Assembly (NCBI GenBank): GCA_028717685.1
Contig: JAQUNI010000002.1
Span: 7,903-71,902, forward strand
From: Patescibacteria group bacterium
Lineage (GTDB): Bacteria; Patescibacteriota; JAQUNI01
Direction of reading: 5' to 3'
Length of the DNA stretch: 64,000 nucleotides
Position 1 is the first letter of the stretch. Each line of letters begins with the position of its first letter. This document shows positions 27,496 to 37,325 of the stretch, one piece after another. The notes beneath the pieces are model-generated. The model did no database searches. It saw only the letters and a program-made list of their open reading frames with translations, and was not told the DNA's origin. The position numbers and the translations under genes were made by a program.

Positions 27496-28446
27496 ATGGA
27501 ATGGACCGAAGAGTTCATTGGTGAACAAGTGGAAGGTATCAGAGCATTCGTCGGCGACCAAAAAGCTCTCGTTGCACTCTCGGGCGGCGTGGATAGCTCG
27601 GTGGTAGCGATGTTAGCCTATAATGCGTTGCCATCAGAGCAGGTTGCATTCGTCACCATCGATGATGGGTTCCGGCGAAAAGGCGAACCAGAATGGGTAG
27701 CGATAACCTTTAAAGAGCTCGGCATTACCGCAGAGATAGTAGTGGCTGAAAATGTAATTTATCGGTCTTATCTTTCTTTAAGACAGGCAAGAAGTGCGGG
27801 GGAAAAAAGGAAATGGTTCCGTCAGGTTTTCTATGAGCTTTTGGCCTTTGAAGCCCAAAAATTGGGGGCAACTATTGCTCTGCAGGGAACTAACAAGGCG
27901 GATGTCCAGGAAACTGTCGCTGGTGTCAAAGCCCAGCACAATGTGCTATCCCAGATCGGCATTGACCCCCTCGTGGAATATGGCATCAAGGTTTATGAAC
28001 CCCTAGCCGAGCTTTACAAGGACCAAATCCGAAAAGTGGCTCGCATTCTTAAGTTGCCGAAAGAAATCTGCACTCGTATGCCGTTCCCGGGACCAGGACT
28101 CTCCATTAGGGTCTATGGAGCGCCTACCAAGCCAAAAATAGCCATAATCAGAGAGATAACGGCGATAGTAGAAAAGATGCTCCTGCCACTCAATCCTTTC
28201 CAAGTGCTGGCGTATTTGGGACCCAAGGCAACTGGCGTTAGCACGGAAGGCAAAAGAATAAACGGTTACGTTGTCTATGTGCGGGCGGTTAATTCTATTG
28301 ATGCCATCACCGCCACACCAATTCAGATGACCGGTCAAATTGAAGACGAACTGATCGCACATATCACGGCTGCCTTTCCTAGCGAAATCAGCCATGTGCT
28401 TTTTGATTACACGCCAAAACCGCCCGCTACGATTGAATTTGAGTAA
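27496..28446 (+). CDS. guaAB: GMP synthase ATP-pyrophosphatase (B) subunit, without a glutaminase domain
   Basis: ALSGGVDSSV PP-loop, EPLAELYKDQIR, PFPGPGL and C-terminal KPPATIEFE. Start placed at ATG 27496. Confidence 0.85.
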   Translation: MEWTEEFIGEQVEGIRAFVGDQKALVALSGGVDSSVVAMLAYNALPSEQVAFVTIDDGFRRKGEPEWVAITFKELGITAEIVVAENVIYRSYLSLRQARSAGEKRKWFRQVFYELLAFEAQKLGATIALQGTNKADVQETVAGVKAQHNVLSQIGIDPLVEYGIKVYEPLAELYKDQIRKVARILKLPKEICTRMPFPGPGLSIRVYGAPTKPKIAIIREITAIVEKMLLPLNPFQVLAYLGPKATGVSTEGKRINGYVVYVRAVNSIDAITATPIQMTGQIEDELIAHITAAFPSEISHVLFDYTPKPPATIEFE

Positions 28447-28657
28447 AGGATGAAAATATTATTTAATACCTGTGGATAAGTTTCACAGGTTTTTTATTTT
28501 GTCGAAGATTTTCTGACAAGAATAGATGATGAACATATTTAGTTTTTGGCTTAAATATGATAAAATTTTATTTAAAATATGATTTTAATAAAAATTAGTA
28601 GGAAAATATTTGACATAAATCTGAACTCGGAATAAAATAAAAAAGTATTTAAAAAAT

Positions 28658-29407
28658 ATGATTACAGCCGCTTTAAAGCAATTAGGTCTAGAGGAAAAAG
28701 AAACCAAGGTTTATTTGGCGTCTTTGCGTTTGGGACCCGCGCCGGTGCGTAAGATTGCCCGCGAGGCTGGCGTGAACCGCGGCAGCTGTTATGATCTTTT
28801 GAAACTTTTGATGTCCAAGGGGATGGTGAGCTATTATCATCAGAATAAACATAAATATTTTGTCGCTGAAGATCCGGATCATCTTCAGGAGATAGTGGCG
28901 GAAGAAGAAGAAAGGTTAGAAAAAACCAAAAAACAGATTGAAAAGATTATTCCAGAACTGAAATCAATTTACGACAACGCGGGCGATAAACCAGTGGTGA
29001 AATATTATGAAGGGCTCGTAGGCGTGAAAATAATTTTGAAAGATGTCTTAAATTCTTTTCTGGGAGCGAAGAGGCGCGAATATTATGTCTATTCAGCAGT
29101 GGACATCCGCGATTATCTTTACCAGGCTTATCCTAATTTCACAGCCCAGAGGGTCAGCGAGAAGATTAAGGTCAAGGTGATCGCGATGGGTTCTGGAGGG
29201 CGATTACGCGGTCTGGACGAGCGGCGCTGGCTTTCGCGCCAGAAAAGTTCGCCTACCTATATTTTAATCTACCAGAATAAGATGGCGATGATTTCCCTGG
29301 ACCGCGAAAAGAAGCCGCGGGGGGTGATTATTGAAGACGAGGGAATTTATCGGACAGAGGTGCTTCTTTTTGAGAAGATGTGGGAGTTTTTAAATCATAC
29401 AACCTGA
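28658..29407 (+). CDS. TrmB-family transcriptional regulator
   Basis: LKQLGLEEKETKVYLASL...IAREAGVNRGSCYDLL HTH and KPVVKYYEG linker. Confidence 0.88.
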   Translation: MITAALKQLGLEEKETKVYLASLRLGPAPVRKIAREAGVNRGSCYDLLKLLMSKGMVSYYHQNKHKYFVAEDPDHLQEIVAEEEERLEKTKKQIEKIIPELKSIYDNAGDKPVVKYYEGLVGVKIILKDVLNSFLGAKRREYYVYSAVDIRDYLYQAYPNFTAQRVSEKIKVKVIAMGSGGRLRGLDERRWLSRQKSSPTYILIYQNKMAMISLDREKKPRGVIIEDEGIYRTEVLLFEKMWEFLNHTT

Positions 29408-29468
29408 AATCTGAAACATAGAGGGAACGCCTTAATGTTTCAGCCACAGAGTTGCAAATTTCAAATTT

Positions 29469-30476
29469 ATGCCTCAAAAAAAACCAAAAATTGTCTGTTT
29501 AGGCGCTGGCACCGGTCAGGCAACAGTTTTAAGCGGATTAAAAGATTATCAATGTGATTTAACCGGTATTGTGAATGTTACCGATAATGGCGGCTCTTCA
29601 GGGGTTTTGCGGCGGGAGATGAATATTCCCCAACCCGGGGATACGCGTCAGTGTTTACAGGCTGTAGCGGGTTTAGAAGAGGATCTAATGACGAAACTTT
29701 TTGCCTACCGCTTTGAGGAAGGGTCTTTGAAGGGGGGAAGCCTTGGTAATTTTATTTTAGCCGCCTTGACGCGCATTACTGGCGATTTTGGCCAAGGCGT
29801 GGAAATGGCGGCGAGGCTTTTACGAACAGCGGCAAAAATTTATCCGGTAACGAGCGCCAGCGTTGATGTTGGTTGCGAATTGGAAAATGGCAGTAAAATC
29901 CGTGGCGAGTGGGATATTATCTTACGGGCAGACAGGACGCCGATTAAAAAAATGTTTTTAACGAAAAAGGCAGAGGCCTATCCTCCTTGTCTTGAGGCTT
30001 TGCGCCGCGCCGATTTAATTGTCATTGGACCGGGTTCTCTGTTTACGGGTATTATTCCGCATTTTTTAGTCCGCGGCGTCAAAGAGGCAATAATGTCCTC
30101 CAAAGGCAAAAAGGTATATATTTGTAATATGATGAGCCAACCCGGGCAAACCGATGGTTTGAAGGTTTCAGACCATGTGCGGCAAGTGGCGCGTTATTTA
30201 GGGCAAATGCCGGATTATGTCATTGCGAACCGCAACGCAATCGGTCCGCGCATTTTGAAACATTACCGTCAGTTCGGATCCGTGCCCGTGGAGCTTGATC
30301 GCGTTTCTGATGCTAAGATGATTATCCGCTCCCTAGCTCAAAATGAAGTTGGCGAGGCGGTACATTTAGACAAGCGCGCTGGGAAAAGATTCCGTGAATG
30401 GAGCGAGTGGACGCATCTTTTAAGGCACGATGCGAAAAAACTCGCGAAAATTTTAATGGATCTAGCAAAAGAATAG
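29469..30476 (+). CDS. YvcK/GlmR (UPF0052/CofD-like) family protein
   Basis: LGAGTG, VTDNGGSSG.LR, PGD.R, IVIGPGSLFT and RHD motifs. Confidence 0.9.
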   Translation: MPQKKPKIVCLGAGTGQATVLSGLKDYQCDLTGIVNVTDNGGSSGVLRREMNIPQPGDTRQCLQAVAGLEEDLMTKLFAYRFEEGSLKGGSLGNFILAALTRITGDFGQGVEMAARLLRTAAKIYPVTSASVDVGCELENGSKIRGEWDIILRADRTPIKKMFLTKKAEAYPPCLEALRRADLIVIGPGSLFTGIIPHFLVRGVKEAIMSSKGKKVYICNMMSQPGQTDGLKVSDHVRQVARYLGQMPDYVIANRNAIGPRILKHYRQFGSVPVELDRVSDAKMIIRSLAQNEVGEAVHLDKRAGKRFREWSEWTHLLRHDAKKLAKILMDLAKE

Positions 30477-30522
30477 TCTTTTGGTTTATTATTACATTGT
30501 TAAAAATTAGATGTTTTAGTTT

Positions 30523-32346
30523 ATGAAAATCAAAGCCGTCATTTTAGCTGCTGGCGAGGGTAGCCGGCTCTATCCTTTTTCAACGCGCGAGAATCCTAAA
30601 ATTTTGATGCGTTTTTGCGGTAAGCCTTTGCTTTTGCACCATATTGCCGAATTTTTAGAGCACAAGATAGAGGACTTGGTTATAGTTTGCAACCCTCAAA
30701 ATAGAGATTTAGTTCAAGGGATTGTGGCTGGCGCTTACCCTAGATTAAAGGTTGCTTTCGTGGTGCAGAAAGAGCTTTCGGGACCCAGCCGCGCCATTTA
30801 TGAGGCGAGAAAAGAGCTTCAAGGCGCGGATTTTTTTGTGCTGAAATATGCCGATAGTTTTAGCCCTGTTTCCCCCTTGCCTTTACTCTTGAAATGTTTA
30901 AAGGAAAATCCCAAAGACGGCGCTATTTTATTGTTTCAGGTGAAAGATTTTAAACGTTTCGGCATCGCGCGATTTGTTAGCGGAAAATTGGTGGAGATTG
31001 TGGAAAAACCGCATAAAAATCCTCCCTCTAATCTCGCTTGGCGGGGAATGTCAATTTTGAGTTGCGATAAGTTTTTGCAGGGTTTTGAAAAAGAAGTTAT
31101 ACGCCGAGGCGCGTCCGAGGTCGCGCCGCCAGAGTATGTTTTAAGGGTAAAAGGTGAATTGAATTATCAAATAATAAATGGCGAGATTTTTGATTTGGGC
31201 TATCCTTGGGATATTTTAACTTTTAATCGTTTGTTGCTGGATAAATTTGGCGGTCATGTTTTAAGCAAAAAGATAGGTAAAAATGTTCGGATTTCTTCCA
31301 AAAGCTACATTGGTCCCAAAGCAATCCTTGGGGATGGCGTAAAAATAGGGGAATATGTTTCCCTGGAAGAGGCTTATGTGGCGCGTGACACGGAAATTCG
31401 CGATAGTTATGTGATGCCCCGAGCGCGTATTGGAGAGGCTTGCCAGATTCAAAAAAGCGTCATTGGAGGAGAGGTTAATGTTGGTTCTCACTTTAAAACT
31501 AAAATTAAATCAAAAGGGAAGGTGAAGGTTTTTGCCAAAGGGGATTATAAAGAGACTTCTTTCAGCACTTTAGGTTGCTTTCTGGGACCTCGAGTTAAAG
31601 TCCAAAATGAAATCTCCTCTGAAGCGGGGCGGATTGTTTATCCTGATAGAGAGGTGAACAAAAATATTGTTCAGGATATTTTGCCTATCCGCGCCATATT
31701 TTTTGACGCGGATAATACGCTTTATCAAAGCAGGGACGCGGCTCAAGCCGCTGATCTGGCGGCAATGGCTTATCTAGCCGGAGGGGCAAAATATGAATCC
31801 AAAGAGCTTTACAATATTTGGAGAAATAAAATAGTCGTTTCTCTTAAAGAAAGCAAGTCGCCAGTGATGCGCCACCGCCAATATTCTTACCAAAGGTTGA
31901 TTGATAAGTTGAAACTTCGGCATCGCGCGAGACGGGCTTTTTTGATCTTTCGCGAGGGATTAGTGAAGAAATTAAGAATCGCGCCTCACCTAAAAACTGT
32001 TTTGGAGCGGCTCAAGGATTATAAAAAGATAGTGGTGAGCGAGGACAACCAAGATTTAATCCAATTTAAGCTTAAAAAATTGGACCTTGAAGGATATTTT
32101 GACTTAGTGATTGCCGCTGAAACCATCGGCGCGATGAAGCCCGATAAGAGATATTTTGATTATGCGTTAAAAAGGCTCAAACTTTGGCCGGGAGAGTGCG
32201 TGATGATCGGGGATGACTGGGAAAAAGATTTAGAGATAGCTTGTAAATTAGGTTTAAGAACGATTAAATGGGGTGATGAGGATAAGAGGGCGCACAGGAA
32301 TATGAAGGATTTTAGAACACTTTTGGAAATATTAAGGATTATTTAA
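30523..32346 (+). CDS. Fusion of sugar-phosphate nucleotidyltransferase, left-handed beta-helix and HAD hydrolase
   Basis: AVILAAGEGSRL, VEKP, hexapeptide-like repeats, then FFDADNTL (HAD motif I), KPD and MIGD..EKD. Confidence 0.85.
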   Translation: MKIKAVILAAGEGSRLYPFSTRENPKILMRFCGKPLLLHHIAEFLEHKIEDLVIVCNPQNRDLVQGIVAGAYPRLKVAFVVQKELSGPSRAIYEARKELQGADFFVLKYADSFSPVSPLPLLLKCLKENPKDGAILLFQVKDFKRFGIARFVSGKLVEIVEKPHKNPPSNLAWRGMSILSCDKFLQGFEKEVIRRGASEVAPPEYVLRVKGELNYQIINGEIFDLGYPWDILTFNRLLLDKFGGHVLSKKIGKNVRISSKSYIGPKAILGDGVKIGEYVSLEEAYVARDTEIRDSYVMPRARIGEACQIQKSVIGGEVNVGSHFKTKIKSKGKVKVFAKGDYKETSFSTLGCFLGPRVKVQNEISSEAGRIVYPDREVNKNIVQDILPIRAIFFDADNTLYQSRDAAQAADLAAMAYLAGGAKYESKELYNIWRNKIVVSLKESKSPVMRHRQYSYQRLIDKLKLRHRARRAFLIFREGLVKKLRIAPHLKTVLERLKDYKKIVVSEDNQDLIQFKLKKLDLEGYFDLVIAAETIGAMKPDKRYFDYALKRLKLWPGECVMIGDDWEKDLEIACKLGLRTIKWGDEDKRAHRNMKDFRTLLEILRII

Positions 32347-32474
32347 AAATTTATAATTTCTAATTTTAAATTTTCATTAAATTTTCAATGATATAATTTC
32401 TAAACGGGGTTTGAAAATTAATTCATTGATAATTTAATAGAAATTAGGAATTGAAAATTGCAAATTTTTTGGCT

Positions 32475-33116
32475 ATGAAAATTATTACTATTAACATCAG
32501 AAATCCAAATCCTGAAATTGTCAAAGAGGTGGCAGAAGTGATTAGGGCTGGTGGCGCGGTGGCTTTCCCTACTGACACTGCTTATGGCATCGCCGTAAAT
32601 GCTTTGGATTATAAGGCTTTGGCGCGTTTGGACCGGATCAAAGGCAGGCAAGACCAGAAACCTTACCCCATAGCGGTTTTAAATTGTGAGGAAGCGGAAA
32701 GATATGCTATATTTAACAAACAAGCAAAAATTTTAGCCCGTCATTTTTGGCCTGGGGCGCTGACTCTGATTTTAAAGCGCAAGGAAGGCGCAGAGATTTT
32801 AGACCCTCATTTAGAAACCATCGGGGTGCGCGTTCCGGATTCAAAATTATGCAACGCGCTGTCAAAAGTTTTAGGTTTTCCTTATACTATTACGAGCGCG
32901 AATATTTCCGGTATGCCCACGGCATACACAGTCCGAGAAATAGCAGAGCAGTTTTTGAGCGCGAAGTATAAACCGGATTTGATTTTGGACGGCGGAGAGC
33001 TTGTGGAAAACAAAATTTCAACCGTGGTGGACTTGTCCCATGGGAAAGCGAAGATTTTGAGGGAAGGGGAAATAGAGGCGGAGATAATTGAGCGAGTTGT
33101 AAATGAAAATTTCTAA
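32475..33116 (+). CDS. tsaC: Threonylcarbamoyl-AMP synthase (TsaC/YrdC)
   Basis: FPTDTAYGI, IKGR, FWPGALT, GVRVP, TSANISG and STVVD motifs. Confidence 0.93.
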   Translation: MKIITINIRNPNPEIVKEVAEVIRAGGAVAFPTDTAYGIAVNALDYKALARLDRIKGRQDQKPYPIAVLNCEEAERYAIFNKQAKILARHFWPGALTLILKRKEGAEILDPHLETIGVRVPDSKLCNALSKVLGFPYTITSANISGMPTAYTVREIAEQFLSAKYKPDLILDGGELVENKISTVVDLSHGKAKILREGEIEAEIIERVVNENF

Positions 33117-33274
33117 TTTCTAATTTTCAATTTTCATTAAATTTCCAATTTTAAAATTTTCAAACATGTTGTAAAAAATAAAAGTTCAAAAATTATTTCG
33201 TTAGAAATCTAATAAAGAGCTAAAATTTTCGTGCCTTTAGGGTGGACGAACCTAGGGCGAAAAATTATAAATTT

Positions 33275-34519
33275 ATGTTCAATATATTAAAAGAAAAAGA
33301 TCCAGAAGTTTACAAAGCTATTTTCAATGAGCAAAAACGCCAAAAAGAAGGTTTGGAATTAATCGCTTCAGAGAATTATGTTTCGCGCGCGGTTCTTGCG
33401 GCAATGGGTTCGGTTTTGACGAATAAATATTCGGAAGGTTATCCAGGCAAGCGCTATTATGGCGGCAACAAATTTATTGATCAGGCGGAGAACTTGGCTG
33501 TGAAGCGCGCGAAAAAACTTTTTGGCGCGGAGCACGTGAATGTTCAGCCCTACTCGGGATCCCCTGCCAACATAGAAGTTTATTTCGCATTTGTGCCTTT
33601 TGGCGGCAAGATTATGGGAATGAGCTTAGCCCATGGCGGACATTTAACCCATGGGCATAAGGTTAATTTTTCAGGGAAAGCTTATCAGGTAGTGTCTTAC
33701 GGCGTGGAAAAAAATGGCCGCATTTCTTACGCCAAGGTGCGGGCGTTGGCGAAAGCCGAGAAACCTAATTTAATCATCTCGGGTTATACCGCTTATCCCC
33801 GCAAGGTTGATTTTAAAAAGTTTAAAGAAATCGCGGACGAGGTGGGGGCGATTTCTATGGCGGATATTTCCCATATCGCCGGTTTAATCGCCGCGGGATT
33901 GCACGAAAATCCAGTGCCTTATTTTGACGTGGTTACGACGACCACCCACAAAACTCTGCGCGGTCCGCGCGGCGCGATGATTATGTGCAAAAGAAAATGG
34001 GCGGAAATTGTGGATCGGGCGGTCTTTCCGGGAATGCAGGGCGGGCCGCATAATCATATTAACGCCGCTAAGGCTGTGGCTTTTGGTGAAGCATTAAAGC
34101 CCGAATTCAAGGTTTATTGCCGCCAGATTATTAAGAATGCCAAAGCTTTAGCCGCTGCCTTAATGAAGCTTAGATTCACGGTCGTTTCCGGCGGCACGGA
34201 TAATCATCTGATGCTCGTTGATTTGACCAATAAAAAAGTAACAGGTAAAGAGGCGGAGCATATTTTAGAAGAAGCGGGGATTACATTAAACAAAAATATG
34301 GTGCCTTATGATCCCCGTTCGCCTTTTGACCCTTCGGGAGTGCGGATTGGCACGCCGGCAATAACGAGCCGCGGGATGAAGGAGCCCGAGATGCAAAAAA
34401 TCGCCCTTTGGATTGACCGGGCGATTCGGGCAAAAAATAGAGCGGCGGAGCTTCTCAAAATTCAGAGAGAGATCAAAGAATTTTGTCAGGATTTTTCCGT
34501 GCCGGGGATAGATGAATAA
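33275..34519 (+). CDS. glyA: Serine hydroxymethyltransferase
   Basis: [24 protein letters not shown] and [13 protein letters not shown] motifs. Confidence 0.97.
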   Translation: MFNILKEKDPEVYKAIFNEQKRQKEGLELIASENYVSRAVLAAMGSVLTNKYSEGYPGKRYYGGNKFIDQAENLAVKRAKKLFGAEHVNVQPYSGSPANIEVYFAFVPFGGKIMGMSLAHGGHLTHGHKVNFSGKAYQVVSYGVEKNGRISYAKVRALAKAEKPNLIISGYTAYPRKVDFKKFKEIADEVGAISMADISHIAGLIAAGLHENPVPYFDVVTTTTHKTLRGPRGAMIMCKRKWAEIVDRAVFPGMQGGPHNHINAAKAVAFGEALKPEFKVYCRQIIKNAKALAAALMKLRFTVVSGGTDNHLMLVDLTNKKVTGKEAEHILEEAGITLNKNMVPYDPRSPFDPSGVRIGTPAITSRGMKEPEMQKIALWIDRAIRAKNRAAELLKIQREIKEFCQDFSVPGIDE

Positions 34520-34603
34520 TATTGAATCAGGAGTCATCAAGCACGGAATATTTATTAGTTCCATGGGGATTTGTTGTGATATCGATTTGAAGGAGGGGAG
34601 AAA

Positions 34604-35266
34604 ATGAGGAGACCTAAAAGTATTCGTGATTGGCAAGCAATGTTCTTTGCTATATATGGAGAAAGGAATAGAGAGCTTTATTCTGTTCCCGAGATTCTGA
34701 ACCACGTTTTTGAAGCAATGGCGGAGCTAGTAGAAGAGTTGCGCAAGGAGAATAGAGATGGAATTATTGCTAAGATTCCTGATCTTTTCGCCTGGATATT
34801 GGGTTTGGGCAGTATTTTAGAGATTGATCTGGAAGAGGCGGTATGGCATAAATATCCCAATATTTGTCCTTATTGCTTGCAGAAAAAAAATTGTATCTGC
34901 ATTTCTCGCCAACTTAAATATCGCCCCAATATCAAGAAATTGGAGACCTATCGGATCAGGGTCAATAATATACCATCCACGCTATATGGCTGGCAGAAAA
35001 TGTTTGATAGAATTTACGGGGGTGTGAATACGATCAAATCTCAACTCCAGTTGTGGCTTCATTTATTTGAAGAACTTGGTGAAATTAGCAAGGCATTGCA
35101 TCAACGCAAAGGTGGTAATTTAGAAGCAGAACTCGCTGACACTTTGGCTTGGCTTTTCGCGGTATGCACGAAACTTCGGATCTCTCTTTCCGAACTTGCT
35201 TGGGAGATCTATCCGGGAAAATGCAGGGTATGTCTTCAAGGACAATGCCAATGCCCGAAAGATTAG
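34604..35266 (+). CDS. Tandem (duplicated) MazG-like NTP pyrophosphohydrolase with Cys clusters
   Basis: Two repeats of WQ.MF..IYG..N...H.FE(A/E)..E...(D)..AW...(K/I)YP..C..C....C.C. Confidence 0.7.
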   Translation: MRRPKSIRDWQAMFFAIYGERNRELYSVPEILNHVFEAMAELVEELRKENRDGIIAKIPDLFAWILGLGSILEIDLEEAVWHKYPNICPYCLQKKNCICISRQLKYRPNIKKLETYRIRVNNIPSTLYGWQKMFDRIYGGVNTIKSQLQLWLHLFEELGEISKALHQRKGGNLEAELADTLAWLFAVCTKLRISLSELAWEIYPGKCRVCLQGQCQCPKD

Positions 35267-35517
35267 TTTATATGGGTCTTAATACAAGACCCATTTTAAT
35301 TTTTAGGTGAATTTTGGCTGGTGGAGAGAGACAGTCTATTATTAATAAACAAAAAATCCGCCTTGGGCGCGGGTTTTTGGATTACAGATTTTTTTGAAGT
35401 TCGTTTTATGCAAGGAATAGCGACAGGGAAGACATTTTTGCGTTTACTATTCATAATGTCTTCCCTGTGTTCCAGAATAGAGAAAAACCCTTAAGATAGG
35501 TAGGTGAATATTTCGTG

Positions 35518-35637
35518 CTATCTTATCAGGGCACAACTGGTCTCAACCTGGAAATGTTCGGCTTCGTCTATCAGTGTCAGTGCTTCAGAAACTACTAATG
35601 CAGTGGAGCCGCGAACGCGGCATAGAAGAATGAACAT
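35518..35637 (-). CDS. Possible 39-aa small protein (MFILLCRVRGSTALVVSEALTLIDEAEHFQVETSCALIR)
   Basis: AGGAGG Shine-Dalgarno 8 nt before the ATG; not in the ORF track. Confidence 0.35.
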   Translation of the reverse strand: MFILLCRVRGSTALVVSEALTLIDEAEHFQVETSCALIR

Positions 35638-35849
35638 AATACTACCTCCTGTGTGATAATTTGAAAACAAGGAGATTACTTCATTTCATTTTTAGCCTAT
35701 TTCTTTTTGATGATGAAGTCAAGAAAATAATTGTGGATAAGTAGAGACGTAAGATTTTTCCGTCTCTATATTTATAAAAAATAAAAAAGCTGCTTTTTAA
35801 GCAGTAAAACGATTCTTTAAAGAATGCATTTTTCTCCCCTTAAGATTTG

Positions 35850-36040
35850 TTAACGTTTTGAAATAAATTTCTCCGCTACCTTTCTTTTGCGCTTTAAACA
35901 GGGGACATCAGGACGATAATAAATCCAAGAAAGTAATTTAATAGATTCTTTTTTGGCAAATTTTAATTCCCACATATTGGTTGTCTGGTATGGTTTTCTT
36001 GTTTTTCTTTCCCATGTGTGGCCTTTGATGACGAGCAGGC
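35850..36040 (-). pseudogene. Probable C-terminal remnant of a LAGLIDADG homing endonuclease
   Basis: WELKFAKKESIKLLSWIYY.PDVPCLKRKRKVAEKF resembles the LAGLIDADG C-terminus; no N-terminal LAGLIDADG helix; abuts tRNA-Leu. Confidence 0.5.
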
Positions 36041-36079
36041 AATTTTGGTTTGGGTATAATGCGGCGCAGAAAGTCAATG

Positions 36080-36165
36080 TGGGGATGGAGGGATTTGAAC
36101 CCTCACGGACTTTATGGTCCAGAGGTTTTTGAGACCTCTTTGTCTACCAGTTCCAACACATCCCC
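36080..36165 (-). tRNA. tRNA-Leu(CAA)
   Basis: Minus strand GGGGATG...CATCCCC-A acceptor, anticodon arm GAGGT-CTCAAAA-ACCTC, long variable arm GGAC-cataaa-GTCC, T-arm GAGGGTTCAAATCCCTC; CCA not encoded. Confidence 0.93.
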
Positions 36166-36261
36166 TGAAGATATTATTTTTTTACTAAGAAACATTTTAA
36201 ATATAAGAAAAATTGGGGTTTTTGTCAATTTTGTTTTTTTATGATAAAATAATAAAAGATT

Positions 36262-36399
36262 GACCCCGTTAGAAACATACCCCGCCCCGTTAGAAAATTT
36301 TTTCTAACGGGGCCCGCAGCTAGGCTAGCGGTTAGTGTAGAAATATAGATGACTCGTGCGGTTGGGTTTCATGCCCCGCACGAGTTTCTAACAGGGTTG
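36262..36399. repeat. Nested ccccgttagaaa...tttctaacgggg palindromic element; another copy at 39816-39842
   Basis: Outer pair 36264-36275 / 36384-36395 encloses an inner pair at about 36284-36312. Confidence 0.8.
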
Positions 36400-36483
36400 A
36401 CTTCTCCTCTCGTAAAGGAAGATGAGAGAGGTTATTTGTTAATATTTAAACCCTCCCTTTAGAGGCGAGGGACTAAAATAGAA

Positions 36484-37251
36484 ATGTCTCAAATCATTTC
36501 TTTTGTGAATCAAAAGGGCGGCGTAGGGAAGACAACGAGCGCCGTGAATATCGCTTCTTACTTAGCCTATTTTGGCAAAAAGGTTTTATTGATTGATTTA
36601 GACCCCCAAGGCAATGCTACTTCGGGCTTAGGAATCGCGAAAGAAAAACTGGCGAAGAATGTTTATGATGTGCTTTGCGGCAGGGTGAATCTAAAAGAAA
36701 TTCTATACCAAGGATTGCAACCCACCTTGCATATCGCGCCAGCTTCGCCGGATTTGGCCGGCGCGGCTGTAGAATTGGTCAGCTTGCCCGACCGAGAATT
36801 TTTATTGAAAAAAGTTTTAACCCCGCTTAAAGGGGATTATGATTATGTGATGATTGACTCGCCGCCTTCTTTGGGAATTTTGACCGTGAACGCGCTTACG
36901 GCGGCGGACAGCGTTGTTATTCCCGTGCAGTGCGAGTATTATGCCCTAGAAGGACTTTCTCAACTTTTATACACCATTGATTTAGTGCAGAAAAATTTGA
37001 ATCCCGGTTTGAATATTTTGGGAGTGGTGCTTACGATGCGGGATAAAAAAACACGCATTGCCAATGACGTGGTGCGCGAGGTGCAAAGAAATTTTCCCGG
37101 CAAAGTATTTGAAACAATTGTCCCGAGAAACGTGCGGCTGGCTGAAGCGCCGAGCTTTGGTCAGGCAATTTTAAACTATGAACCTCTCTGCAAGGGCGCG
37201 CGAGCATACAAACATCTGGCACAAGAGATAATTAGTTTGAATAATGAATAA
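36484..37251 (+). CDS. parA: Chromosome partitioning ATPase ParA/Soj
   Basis: NQKGGVGKTT, DLDPQGNAT, PVQCEYYALEG and RNVRLAEAPS motifs. Confidence 0.96.
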   Translation: MSQIISFVNQKGGVGKTTSAVNIASYLAYFGKKVLLIDLDPQGNATSGLGIAKEKLAKNVYDVLCGRVNLKEILYQGLQPTLHIAPASPDLAGAAVELVSLPDREFLLKKVLTPLKGDYDYVMIDSPPSLGILTVNALTAADSVVIPVQCEYYALEGLSQLLYTIDLVQKNLNPGLNILGVVLTMRDKKTRIANDVVREVQRNFPGKVFETIVPRNVRLAEAPSFGQAILNYEPLCKGARAYKHLAQEIISLNNE

Positions 37252-37319
37252 TGAATCAGGAATAATGAATCATGAATCAGGAATAGTTCCTGATTCCCCA
37301 TTCCTAATTCCTGATTCCT
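37243..37319. repeat. Compact heptamer inverted-repeat element (AATCAGG/AATCATG units) between parA and parB
   Basis: aatgaatcaggaataatgaatcatgaatcaggaa / ttcctgattccccattcctaattcctgattcc; same unit as the leuS insert at 25169-25205. Confidence 0.8.
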
Positions 37320-37325
37320 TTCAAT

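Noticed and set aside
36050-36244. 64-aa ORF (WGWRDLNPH)
   Set aside because: It is the antisense translation of tRNA-Leu.
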